DNA of 10,022 nucleotides from Candidatus Eiseniibacteriota bacterium (GTDB taxonomy: Bacteria; Eisenbacteria; RBG-16-71-46; JABDJR01; JAWXBZ01). Of this stretch, positions 1 through 7,861 are shown one piece after another. The notes under the pieces were generated by a model. The model was not told the DNA's origin. It worked only from the letters and a program-made list of their open reading frames with translations, and ran no database searches. Made by a program: the position numbers and the translations under genes. Numbering within the stretch: the first letter of the stretch is position 1; every line of letters starts with the position of its first letter. The stretch lies in NCBI GenBank assembly GCA_034440375.1, contig JAWXBZ010000140.1, forward strand, positions 1 to 10,022, given 5' to 3'.

Positions 1-886
1 CGCCGCGCGCGGCGCGAGCCCGCTCACCGAGGCCGGATTCTTTCCGATGAACGATATCGCGGAGATGGACCGGACGTTTCTGGTTGAACGGCACCTGATC
101 AGCCGGGATCTCTCCCAGGGAAGTCGGGCCCGGGGCGTCCTGGTTGCGCCGGGCGAGAACGTCTCGATCATGGTCAACGAGGAGGATCACCTCCGCCTCC
201 AGGCCATCACCTCGGGGTTCGATCTGGCCGAAGTCTGGGCCCTGATCAGCGATGTCGATGACCTTCTGAACCGCGATCTGGACTATGCGTATCGGCCCGA
301 TTACGGCTACCTGACCGCCTGCCCGACCAACGTCGGCACCGGGATGCGGGCCTCGGTCCTCATTCACCTTCCGGCCCTGGTTCTGACAAAGCAGTTGAAA
401 AAAATACTGCAAGGTGTTGCAGCGGTTGGTCTTGCTGTCCGCGGATTCTACGGTGAGGGAACCGATGTCATGGGCAATTTCTTCCAGGTGTCCAATCAGC
501 AGACGCTGGGACGGGCCGAACTGGAAATTCTGGAAAATCTGGAACGTGTCACGAATCAATTGATCGAATTCGAGGGGAGGGCCAGAGAGGCCATGCTCCG
601 GACGGCACGACTTCAGGTCGAGGACAAGGTGTGGCGGGCCTTTGGTACGCTGCGCTACAGCCGGTCAATCTCCTCGCAGGAAGTGATCAGCCTGTCGAGC
701 GCGGTGCGCTTTGGCCTGGCCATGGGGATCGATGGTCTGACCGACCTCATGACATTGAACGAAATCATGGTTTATTCTCAGCCGGCTCATGTTCAGGCGC
801 TGGCGGGACAGCCGCTCGAATCGTCGGAGCGAAACGTTTATCGTGCCGACATGATTCGCAGACGATTGGCAGCCGTCGGAGGGTAA
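1..886 (+). CDS. mcsB: Protein-arginine kinase McsB (ATP:guanido phosphotransferase family), 5'-truncated by the window edge
   Basis: The frame is open from base 2 (AARGASPLTEAGFFP) into the ORF called at 47, so the true start lies upstream. Family motifs: LVERHLIS, MVNEEDHLRLQ (NEED), GYLTACPTNVGTGMRASVLIHLPAL (CPTN), VRGFYGEG, FQVSNQQTLG, C-terminal QPAH...RxxxRA. Sits directly upstream of clpC, the canonical mcsB position. Stop TAA at 884-886. Confidence 0.95.
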   Translation, partial: AARGASPLTEAGFFPMNDIAEMDRTFLVERHLISRDLSQGSRARGVLVAPGENVSIMVNEEDHLRLQAITSGFDLAEVWALISDVDDLLNRDLDYAYRPDYGYLTACPTNVGTGMRASVLIHLPALVLTKQLKKILQGVAAVGLAVRGFYGEGTDVMGNFFQVSNQQTLGRAELEILENLERVTNQLIEFEGRAREAMLRTARLQVEDKVWRAFGTLRYSRSISSQEVISLSSAVRFGLAMGIDGLTDLMTLNEIMVYSQPAHVQALAGQPLESSERNVYRADMIRRRLAAVGG

Positions 887-895
887 CAAGGTCGA

Positions 896-911
896 GCGGT
901 TCCGGAACCGC
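896..911. repeat. Perfect 16-bp palindrome GCGGTTCCGGAACCGC in the mcsB-clpC spacer
   Basis: GCGGTTCC (896-903) is followed immediately by its reverse complement GGAACCGC (904-911). Function unknown. Confidence 0.85.
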
Positions 912-914
912 ACT

Positions 915-954
915 GGCGGGCGGGGGTTACCCGCACCGCCTAATCGGAATTTTA
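915..954 (+). terminator. GC-rich hairpin with a weak, displaced T-tract; possible leaky terminator or mRNA-stabilising stem
   Basis: GGCGG-GCGGG (915-924) pairs with CCCGC-A-CCGCC (930-940, one bulged A) around loop GGTTA. It is followed by TAATCGGAATTTTA, so the U-tract is not adjacent to the stem. Confidence 0.3.
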
Positions 955-993
955 CTGGGCCGGGCCGTCGGACGCCCTCGTGCCGACCGCCCT

Positions 994-998
994 GGAGG
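994..998 (+). promoter_or_regulatory. Shine-Dalgarno site of clpC
   Basis: GGAGG 9 nt upstream of ATG 1008. Confidence 0.8.
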
Positions 999-1007
999 TT
1001 CTGAACA

Positions 1008-3470
1008 ATGCACGACAAATTCACGGAACGGGTCCGCAAGGTCATGTACCTGGCAAGAGAAGAAGCGGCCCGCCTCCAGCATGACTATATCGGCACCGAG
1101 CACCTGCTTCTCGGCCTGATTCGAGAGGGGGAGGGGATCGCTGCCAACGTGCTGTCCAACCTGGGCCTTGACCTCGATGTCATTCGCCAGGCGGTGGAAA
1201 GCATGGTGGCCAGCCCGGGCGGCACGCTCACCATCGGAGAGATTCCCTTCACGCCAAAGGCCAAGCGCGTGCTCGAACTCTCAATCGACGAGGCGCGCCA
1301 GCTGGGACACAACTATGTCGGCACGGAACATCTGCTCCTGGGCCTGATCCGGGAGGGGGAGGGTGTGGCCGCCCGCGTGTTGCTGGAACTCGGCGTCGAT
1401 CGAAAGAAGGTTCGCGAGGAAACGCTCCGCCTGCTTGGCGGCACGCCGGCCAGCACCCGGCCGGCCGACGAGGAGAAGGCCGACACACCCGCATTGAACC
1501 AGTTCGGCCGGGATTTGACGCAACTGGCCCGGGAAGGAAAACTAGATCCGATCATCGGCCGCGAAAATGAGATCGAGCGGGTCATCCAGGTCTTGTCCCG
1601 CCGCAAGAAGAACAACCCGGTCCTGATCGGAGAGCCCGGGGTCGGCAAGACGGCCATCGCCGAGGGACTGGCCATGAAGATCGTGGAAGGAAAGATTCCC
1701 GAAACCCTGCTGGATCGCCGAATCGTCACCCTGGACCTGGCGGCGGTCGTGGCCGGCACCAAGTACCGCGGTCAGTTCGAGGAGCGCCTGAAGGCTGTCA
1801 TGAACGAGATCCGCGAGTCGAAAGACACCATCATCTTCATCGATGAACTGCACACCATCGTCGGTGCCGGTGGCGCCGAGGGGGCCATCGATGCCTCCAA
1901 CATGCTGAAGCCGGCGCTCGCCCGCGGCGAGCTGCAGTGCATCGGCGCCACGACGCTGGACGAGTTTCGAAAGTACATCGAGAAGGACGGCGCCCTCGAG
2001 CGCCGCTTCCAGCCGATCATGGTCGAGCCGCCGTCGCCCGACGAGGCCATCCTGATCATTCGCGGCCTGCGTGACAAATATGAGGCGCACCATGGCGTCA
2101 AGTTCACCGATGAAGCCATCGTGGCGGCCGTGAAGCTTTCCGATCGTTACATGTCGAGCCGCTTCCTCCCGGACAAGGCCATCGATGTGCTTGATGAGTC
2201 GGGCGCACGCTCCCGCCTCTCGATGTCCGTTGTTCCACCGGACCTCCGAGCCATGGAGAAGAAGATCGAGGAATTGGCCAAGGAGAAGGAATCGGCCATC
2301 CAGGCCCAGGAGTTCGAAAAGGCCGCCTCGTTCCGCGACAAGGAAAAGGACATGCGCAAACAGCTGGCCAAGCTGAAGCGTGAGTGGCAGGAATCAAAGA
2401 CGATGAAGACTCCGACCGTCGACGCCGAGGACATCGCGGTGGTCATTTCCAAGATGACCGGCGTCCCGGCCAGTCGGCTCGAGGAATCGGAGTCAGCCAA
2501 GCTCCTGCGGATGGAAGACGAGATGAAGAAGAAGATCATCGGCCAGGACGAGGCCGTCGCCGCGGTGGCCAAGGCCGTTCGGCGCAATCGGGCCGGACTC
2601 CGCGATCCACGCCGTCCGATCGGCAGTTTTATCTTCCTGGGACCGACCGGCGTCGGGAAGACGGAACTGGCCCGGGTGCTCGCCCAGCATCTCTTCGACG
2701 ATCCCGAAGCGCTGATTCGCATCGACATGTCGGAATACATGGAGAAGTTTTCGGTCAGCCGCCTTGTCGGTGCCCCTCCCGGTTATGTTGGTTACGAGGA
2801 GGGGGGGCAGCTCACGGAAAAGGTTCGGCGCAAGCCGTACAGCGTCGTGCTGCTGGACGAGGTCGAGAAGGCGCATCCGGACGTATTCAACATGCTGCTC
2901 CAGGTGCTGGAGGATGGCACCCTGACCGACAGCATGCGGCGCAAGGTCAACTTCAAGAACACCGTCCTGATCATGACCAGCAATCTCGGGGCCCGGCAGA
3001 TCGGGGGGCGTAGCCAGCTTGGTTTCGGCAAGTCCGACGACCAGACCACCTACGACAAGATGAAGGGGTCGGTCCTCGAGGAGGTCAAACGGACTTTCAA
3101 TCCGGAATTTCTCAATCGAATTGACGACGTGATTGTTTTTCGGGCACTGGGACGGAAGGAAATGGAGCAGATCGTCCATATTCTTCTCGATGAAGTGACG
3201 AAGCGGGTGGCCGAACAGGGGCTTCACCTGACCATCACGCCACCGGCGGCACAATTGCTCGTGGAAAAGGGCTTCGATCCGAACCTGGGTGCCCGACCGC
3301 TCCGGCGGGCCATCCAGCGGCTGGTGGAGGATCCTCTCGCCATGCTGGTCCTGGAACGAAAATTCAAACCGGGAAGCCATGTTCGCATTGGGCGCAAGGC
3401 TGATGAACTGGTTTTTGAGGAGAAGGTGTCGGGGGACATGAATGCCGAGAAAGTCGGTCGCGGCGCCTGA
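1008..3470 (+). CDS. clpC: ATP-dependent Clp protease ATP-binding subunit ClpC (820 aa)
   Basis: Two Clp_N repeats ([22 protein letters not shown] / [22 protein letters not shown]). AAA1 Walker A GEPGVGKT and Walker B IIFIDE. Short UVR-type M-domain ([17 protein letters not shown]), not the long ClpB coiled coil. AAA2 GPTGVGKT and LLDEVEKAH, ClpP-docking LGF loop, GARPLRR sensor. Follows mcsB. Confidence 0.97.
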   Translation: MHDKFTERVRKVMYLAREEAARLQHDYIGTEHLLLGLIREGEGIAANVLSNLGLDLDVIRQAVESMVASPGGTLTIGEIPFTPKAKRVLELSIDEARQLGHNYVGTEHLLLGLIREGEGVAARVLLELGVDRKKVREETLRLLGGTPASTRPADEEKADTPALNQFGRDLTQLAREGKLDPIIGRENEIERVIQVLSRRKKNNPVLIGEPGVGKTAIAEGLAMKIVEGKIPETLLDRRIVTLDLAAVVAGTKYRGQFEERLKAVMNEIRESKDTIIFIDELHTIVGAGGAEGAIDASNMLKPALARGELQCIGATTLDEFRKYIEKDGALERRFQPIMVEPPSPDEAILIIRGLRDKYEAHHGVKFTDEAIVAAVKLSDRYMSSRFLPDKAIDVLDESGARSRLSMSVVPPDLRAMEKKIEELAKEKESAIQAQEFEKAASFRDKEKDMRKQLAKLKREWQESKTMKTPTVDAEDIAVVISKMTGVPASRLEESESAKLLRMEDEMKKKIIGQDEAVAAVAKAVRRNRAGLRDPRRPIGSFIFLGPTGVGKTELARVLAQHLFDDPEALIRIDMSEYMEKFSVSRLVGAPPGYVGYEEGGQLTEKVRRKPYSVVLLDEVEKAHPDVFNMLLQVLEDGTLTDSMRRKVNFKNTVLIMTSNLGARQIGGRSQLGFGKSDDQTTYDKMKGSVLEEVKRTFNPEFLNRIDDVIVFRALGRKEMEQIVHILLDEVTKRVAEQGLHLTITPPAAQLLVEKGFDPNLGARPLRRAIQRLVEDPLAMLVLERKFKPGSHVRIGRKADELVFEEKVSGDMNAEKVGRGA

Positions 3471-6027
3471 GGCGCCCTTCCAGTCGAAACCAGTTTTCCG
3501 CTGCCTGCTCGCCCTGATTCTTGTCGGGGCGAGCAGTCTTTTGTTGCCGGTTCTGCGTGCGGTCGCGCAAGGGGAAACCCGCGTGCGGCACATCCGCGTG
3601 GAGGGAGTCGAGTCGGTCGATACGCTTCGGGTCCGAAGTGGCATCGGTATTCAGACTGGCGATCGATACCGTCCCGCCGCCGTCCGTGATGGGGTCAAGG
3701 CACTTTACCGGCTTGATCTCTTCAGCCAGGTGGAAGTCGATGCGGACGTCATGGGAGATTCCATCGACCTCATCGTGCGCGTCAAGGAACTGCCGCGCGT
3801 ATCGGCCGTCGAATTCAGCGGAAACAAGGAGCTGGATGCCGACAAGTTGCGCGAGAAGTTGACCGGCTACAGCAGTCGCACGGCCGGCCCCCGAACGCAG
3901 ATCGACGCCGTGGCCGCACTGAACGAAATGTACCGCGAAGAAGGTTTCCCGCTGGCCGAGGTCACCGCGTCTTTCACGCCGGGGCCGCGCGCCTCCGATC
4001 GGGTCCTCTCCATTGACATCCGGGAGGGAAACCGCGTCCAGGTGGCGGCGGTCAGCTTCGAGGGGAATGAGCGAATCGATGACGACAAACTGCGTGGGGA
4101 GCTCGACACCGACCAGAAATCGTTCTGGAAAAAAGGGCACCTCAAGACCAGCACGCTCGAAGCGGATCGGGACAATATCCGCGAGTACTATCAGGAGCAC
4201 GGCTACCGCGACGCCCGGGTCACCGGTTACGACGTTACCTATGCCGACGACAAGCGGACGGCCACCGTCGTATTCAACGTGGTCGAGGGTCCGCTCTACA
4301 CGATGGCGGCACCGCGTATCGAGGGAAACGTCATTCTGCCCACGCCACTGCTGGGAAGCCTGATCAAGTTCAAGCCGGGCGAAACCTACAATCGGCGAAA
4401 AGTGGACGAATCGGCCGGCGAGATCGGCGGCGCCTATGCCGATCGAGGCTACCTGTACAGCCAGGTAGACCCGGAGGAATCGCTGGACTCCACGGTCGTC
4501 GAAGTCGTTTACCAGATTCAGGAGCAGGAACCGTCCAAGGTCCGTGAGATCCGCATTACCGGAAATACGCGGACCAAGGAAAAAGTGATCCGCCGCCAGC
4601 TTTATCTCTTTCCCGGCAGCCGATTTGATCGCGCGCTCCTCATTCGGAGCCAGCGGGAGCTCTTCCAGCTCGGATTCTTTCAGGATGTGCAGGTTGATTT
4701 CCGACCGATCCCGAACAGCTTTGATGTCGACCTCGTGCTCAACGTGGAGGAAAAGGCCGTCGGCACGGCCTCCGCCGGCGCCGGCTTCTCGAGCCAGGGA
4801 GGGCTGACCGGTTTTCTCGAACTGGGACACCCGAATGTTTTTGGCAACGGGCAGGCGGTCAATCTGCGAATGGAACGGGGCAGCCGGACGTCGAATTTCG
4901 ATCTGTCGTTCACCGAACCCTGGTTCATGGGATCGCCGACGACCCTTGGGATCGACATCTTTCGCTCAAACTACATTCGTGACATCTACCAGGTCCTCCG
5001 AACGGGGGGCGCGCTTCGCTTCGGACGACCGGTGCCCGGTGTTGCGTATACCCGGATGTTCGGGACCTACTCATTCGAGCGGACCGAGGGACTCGGTCGC
5101 ATCACCATCGATGAGAGCCTTCGAAAAACTTATGCCGCTGATTCGACCTCGTACACCGAGACGCTCAACATCTCAACCCCCGATCCAATCGGGATCGATT
5201 CGTCGACGCGGAGCGCCTCGGGCATCACCGTGGGCCTGAACCGTAACTCGACGGACCATCCGATCTACCCCCAGGCCGGTTCCATTTCGAGCCTGTCATG
5301 GGAGATCAATGGTGGTCCGTTGCAGGGGAATGTCAGGTTCAACAAGGTGTTGTTTGACGGCCGCTTTTTTGCCCGGGACAGACAACTGCTGGCGGGAACC
5401 AAGCCCGCCTGGATGATTCGCACCCAGCTCGGCGCCACCGCTTTCAGGAATGGCCTCGACGATCTGCGCGATGGCTACCCGCCTTCCGACTCCACGGATC
5501 TTGATCCTTCGATCCCCGAGGATCGCTACTGGAAGGTGGAGGCGCTCGAGCTGTTTCGGCTGGGTGGAACCACGCGTGGCCAATCGCTTCGCGGCTACTC
5601 TGATTACGAAGTGGTTCCGGATGACAACGTGCTGACGAGGCTGCTCACCACCACGACGAAGGTAATCGACGATGGGGTCGTGACACGGGACGATACGACG
5701 ATCGTCGCCGTGTACGACACCTTCCCCGGTGGCCGCTATTACAGCGTCCTGACGCTGGAGCGCCAGTTTACCCTGGTCGATCCTCTTCATGCGGCTCTCT
5801 TCGCCGAAGCGGGTGGTACCTGGAATGACGTTTCCGACTTCCGATGGGATTCAATCCACAAGTCGCTCGGCTTCGGCGTTCGGATGGAAATCCCGCTGCT
5901 GGGGCAGGTCGGGTTCGATTACGCCTACGGTTTCGACCGGCTGAATCGAGATCGCACGCCCGGCCGCGGCGGGCGTTATGACCGGGGGGGCTGGCAGGGA
6001 CACCTGCTGTTCGGCCGTTTCTTTTGA
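3442..6027 (+). CDS. bamA: Outer membrane protein assembly factor BamA (Omp85 family, 861 aa)
   Basis: Signal-peptide-like N-terminus (…FRCLLALILVGASSLLLPVLRAVA|Q). Five POTRA-like repeats (IRVEG, VEFSGN, VSFEGN, RIEGN, IRITGNTRTKEKVIRRQL). Barrel motifs NVFGNGQ, SFTEPW, loop-6 LRGY (5587-5598), SLGFGVRMEIPLLG, and a C-terminal Phe. ATG 3442 is preceded by GGGGGA (3431-3436) and overlaps the clpC end by 29 nt. Confidence 0.96.
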   Translation: MPRKSVAAPEAPFQSKPVFRCLLALILVGASSLLLPVLRAVAQGETRVRHIRVEGVESVDTLRVRSGIGIQTGDRYRPAAVRDGVKALYRLDLFSQVEVDADVMGDSIDLIVRVKELPRVSAVEFSGNKELDADKLREKLTGYSSRTAGPRTQIDAVAALNEMYREEGFPLAEVTASFTPGPRASDRVLSIDIREGNRVQVAAVSFEGNERIDDDKLRGELDTDQKSFWKKGHLKTSTLEADRDNIREYYQEHGYRDARVTGYDVTYADDKRTATVVFNVVEGPLYTMAAPRIEGNVILPTPLLGSLIKFKPGETYNRRKVDESAGEIGGAYADRGYLYSQVDPEESLDSTVVEVVYQIQEQEPSKVREIRITGNTRTKEKVIRRQLYLFPGSRFDRALLIRSQRELFQLGFFQDVQVDFRPIPNSFDVDLVLNVEEKAVGTASAGAGFSSQGGLTGFLELGHPNVFGNGQAVNLRMERGSRTSNFDLSFTEPWFMGSPTTLGIDIFRSNYIRDIYQVLRTGGALRFGRPVPGVAYTRMFGTYSFERTEGLGRITIDESLRKTYAADSTSYTETLNISTPDPIGIDSSTRSASGITVGLNRNSTDHPIYPQAGSISSLSWEINGGPLQGNVRFNKVLFDGRFFARDRQLLAGTKPAWMIRTQLGATAFRNGLDDLRDGYPPSDSTDLDPSIPEDRYWKVEALELFRLGGTTRGQSLRGYSDYEVVPDDNVLTRLLTTTTKVIDDGVVTRDDTTIVAVYDTFPGGRYYSVLTLERQFTLVDPLHAALFAEAGGTWNDVSDFRWDSIHKSLGFGVRMEIPLLGQVGFDYAYGFDRLNRDRTPGRGGRYDRGGWQGHLLFGRFF

Positions 6028-6043
6028 CAGCTTCCTAATGGGC

Positions 6044-6117
6044 TCTTCAGGCACCTGGCAGATTCTTCAGGCACCTGGCAGATTCTTCAGACACCTGGCA
6101 GATTCTTCAGGCACCTG
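6044..6117. repeat. Tandem direct repeat, 20-bp unit TCTTCAGGCACCTGGCAGAT x ~3.7
   Basis: Copies at 6044-6063, 6064-6083, 6084-6103 (G>A at 6091) and a partial copy at 6104-6117. Head-to-tail with no spacers, intergenic between bamA and skp. Confidence 0.97.
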
Positions 6118-6140
6118 TTGAATGAGTTCTAACTCGTGAC

Positions 6141-6146
6141 AAGGAG
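6141..6146 (+). promoter_or_regulatory. Shine-Dalgarno site of skp
   Basis: AAGGAG 7 nt upstream of the in-frame ATG at 6154. Confidence 0.8.
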
Positions 6147-6153
6147 ATGGGTT

Positions 6154-6705
6154 ATGCGTGTTGGCACCGCCTTCCGGGCCTTGTTTTTGGCTGCTGCTCT
6201 GATAAACTGCGCCACCGTTGCGCTGGCTGCTGACTACAAGATCGGTTACATCGATTCCGAGAGGGTTTTTCGCGAGTTCACCGGCACGAAGTCGGCTGAA
6301 AGCGAATTCAATCAAGACCTCGAGGGTTGGGTTCGGCAGTTCGAGAACAAGAAAACCGAACTGGCCAAGCTCGAACGCGAGTTCGAGGCCCAAAAGTTGA
6401 TGCTGTCCGACGCGCGGCGCAAGGAAAAGGAGTCGGAACTCCAGGCTCGCTACAGCGAGCTCGAACAGCTTCAGCGGGAAATCTGGGGCCCGACCGGCAA
6501 GGCGGCCCAGCGCAATGAACAGTTGACCAAGGACATCATCACCCGAATTCGCGAGGTGACGATGAGGATTGCGCTGGCCGAGGGATACACCTTCATTTTC
6601 GACGCCGCGGATGGAAATCTGGTCTACGGCGATCCATCGCTGGATCTGACCGATCGGGTTCTCGGGGAATTGAACCAGGCCACTGGAACCACCACCCCCA
6701 AGTAG
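6154..6705 (+). CDS. skp: Periplasmic chaperone Skp/OmpH (183 aa)
   Basis: ATG 6154 is preferred over GTG 6136 because of the SD. Signal peptide ends ALA|A, then KIGYID, a long coiled-coil E/K/Q-rich middle, and C-terminal GYTFIFD…LVYGDPSLDLTDRVL. Canonical bamA-skp-lpxD position. Confidence 0.94.
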   Translation: MRVGTAFRALFLAAALINCATVALAADYKIGYIDSERVFREFTGTKSAESEFNQDLEGWVRQFENKKTELAKLEREFEAQKLMLSDARRKEKESELQARYSELEQLQREIWGPTGKAAQRNEQLTKDIITRIREVTMRIALAEGYTFIFDAADGNLVYGDPSLDLTDRVLGELNQATGTTTPK

Positions 6706-6753
6706 CGCTGGCAATCCGGCGATGGGATCCAGGGCGGGTCGGAGGAGGCGCGC

Positions 6754-7818
6754 GTGCGAAGTTACCGAGTTTCGGAGATTGCCGCCAGGATAGGCGGGCA
6801 GGTTGATGGTTCCAACGACCCCTCCATTTCCGGCGTGGCCGGCATTCGCGAGGCGGAACCGGGCCAGATTTCGTTCCTCGCTCATCCGCGCTATGCGACC
6901 TACGTGGCCACGACCCGGGCCCACGCCCTCATCGTCGGCCTCGATCACGTCAACGAGCATGCCGCTGGCCCGGTCCTGATTCGTGTCGCCGATCCCTACG
7001 TCGGCTTTCTGCAGACTCTTCATCTGTACGGAGCCGAGCGGCCAAAACCGGTCGCGGGCATCCATCCGACGGCCGTTATCCACCCGACGGCCGTGCTGGG
7101 CGAGGGTGTTTCAATTGGAGCCCACGTCGTCATCGAGGCGGGGGCACAAATCGGCGCTCGGACGATTCTCCAGCCCGGTGTCTTTGTTGGCGCGGATTGC
7201 AATCTTGGCGATGATGCCTGTCTCTACCCGAACGTGGTGGTGCGCGAATCCTCAACGCTGGGTCATCGCGTCATCGTGCACGCCGGCGCCGTCATCGGGG
7301 CCGACGGCTTTGGTTACGTGAAGGCGGGCGGTGCCCATCTCAAGGTGCCGCAACTCGGCACGGTGCATGTCGAGGATGATGTGGAGATCGGCGCAAATTC
7401 CACCATTGACAGGGCCACCACCGGCGTGACCAGAATCGGCCCCGGCGTGAAGATCGACAACCTTGTTCAAATCGCACACAACGTGACGATCGGTGCCAAC
7501 AGCATTGTCTGCGCCCAGGTTGGCGTTTCGGGCTCCACACACGTGGGCCACGACGTCACGCTCGCCGGGCAGGCTGGCGTCGGCGGCCATCTCCGGATCG
7601 GTGATCGCGCACTCATCGGCGGGCAGGCCGGTGTCACCAAGTCGGTCTCGGATGACGCCCGGGTATCAGGCTATCCGGCTTCCGACCACGATCAGGCGCT
7701 CCGGGTACAGGCGCATACGCGCCGACTGCCCGAGCTGGTCCGCGACATTCGGGATCTGACCGAGCGGCTGGAGCGGCTCGAATCGGAGCTGGCCAAGGAA
7801 CGGGAGCGAATCCTGTGA
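6754..7818 (+). CDS. lpxD: UDP-3-O-(3-hydroxyacyl)glucosamine N-acyltransferase LpxD (354 aa)
   Basis: GTG start after GGAGGAGG (6741-6748). N-terminal uridine-binding domain ([18 protein letters not shown]), hexapeptide left-handed beta-helix repeats, [26 protein letters not shown], catalytic [17 protein letters not shown], and a C-terminal helical tail. Confidence 0.96.
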   Translation: MRSYRVSEIAARIGGQVDGSNDPSISGVAGIREAEPGQISFLAHPRYATYVATTRAHALIVGLDHVNEHAAGPVLIRVADPYVGFLQTLHLYGAERPKPVAGIHPTAVIHPTAVLGEGVSIGAHVVIEAGAQIGARTILQPGVFVGADCNLGDDACLYPNVVVRESSTLGHRVIVHAGAVIGADGFGYVKAGGAHLKVPQLGTVHVEDDVEIGANSTIDRATTGVTRIGPGVKIDNLVQIAHNVTIGANSIVCAQVGVSGSTHVGHDVTLAGQAGVGGHLRIGDRALIGGQAGVTKSVSDDARVSGYPASDHDQALRVQAHTRRLPELVRDIRDLTERLERLESELAKERERIL

Positions 7819-7861
7819 CTCGATACCGAACCGATGAAACTGGATCCGGCGGGAGGCGGTC

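Noticed and set aside
395..404. TTGAAA and an A7 run in mcsB as a heat-shock promoter or slippage site
   Set aside because: No CCCCAT-like or TATAAT-like -10 at suitable spacing. The run encodes Leu-Lys-Lys-Ile and the frame is intact with conserved motifs on both sides.
887..1007. CtsR box or CIRCE element upstream of clpC
   Set aside because: Only one degenerate half-site (AGGTCGA) is present, with no heptad direct repeat and no TTAGCACTC-N9-GAGTGCTAA.
1081..1373. Two similar ~65-nt segments near 1081-1145 and 1309-1373
   Set aside because: They encode the two Clp_N repeats of the ClpC N-domain and differ mostly at synonymous positions, which is expected family architecture.
6024..6052. 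Perfect TTGACA (6024-6029) overlapping the bamA stop as a sigma70 -35 box
   Set aside because: There is no -10-like hexamer at 16-18 nt (the sequence there is CTTCAGGCA), and TAATGG lies only 6 nt away. The hexamer is largely produced by the TTT-TGA end of bamA.
6044..6117. Repeat array as a mini-CRISPR
   Set aside because: Units are head-to-tail with no unique spacers, the 20-bp unit is shorter than typical CRISPR repeats, and no cas genes are in the window.
7060..7095. Near-perfect 18-bp duplication ([12 protein letters not shown]) in lpxD
   Set aside because: These are hexapeptide repeats of the left-handed beta-helix, normal for LpxD.
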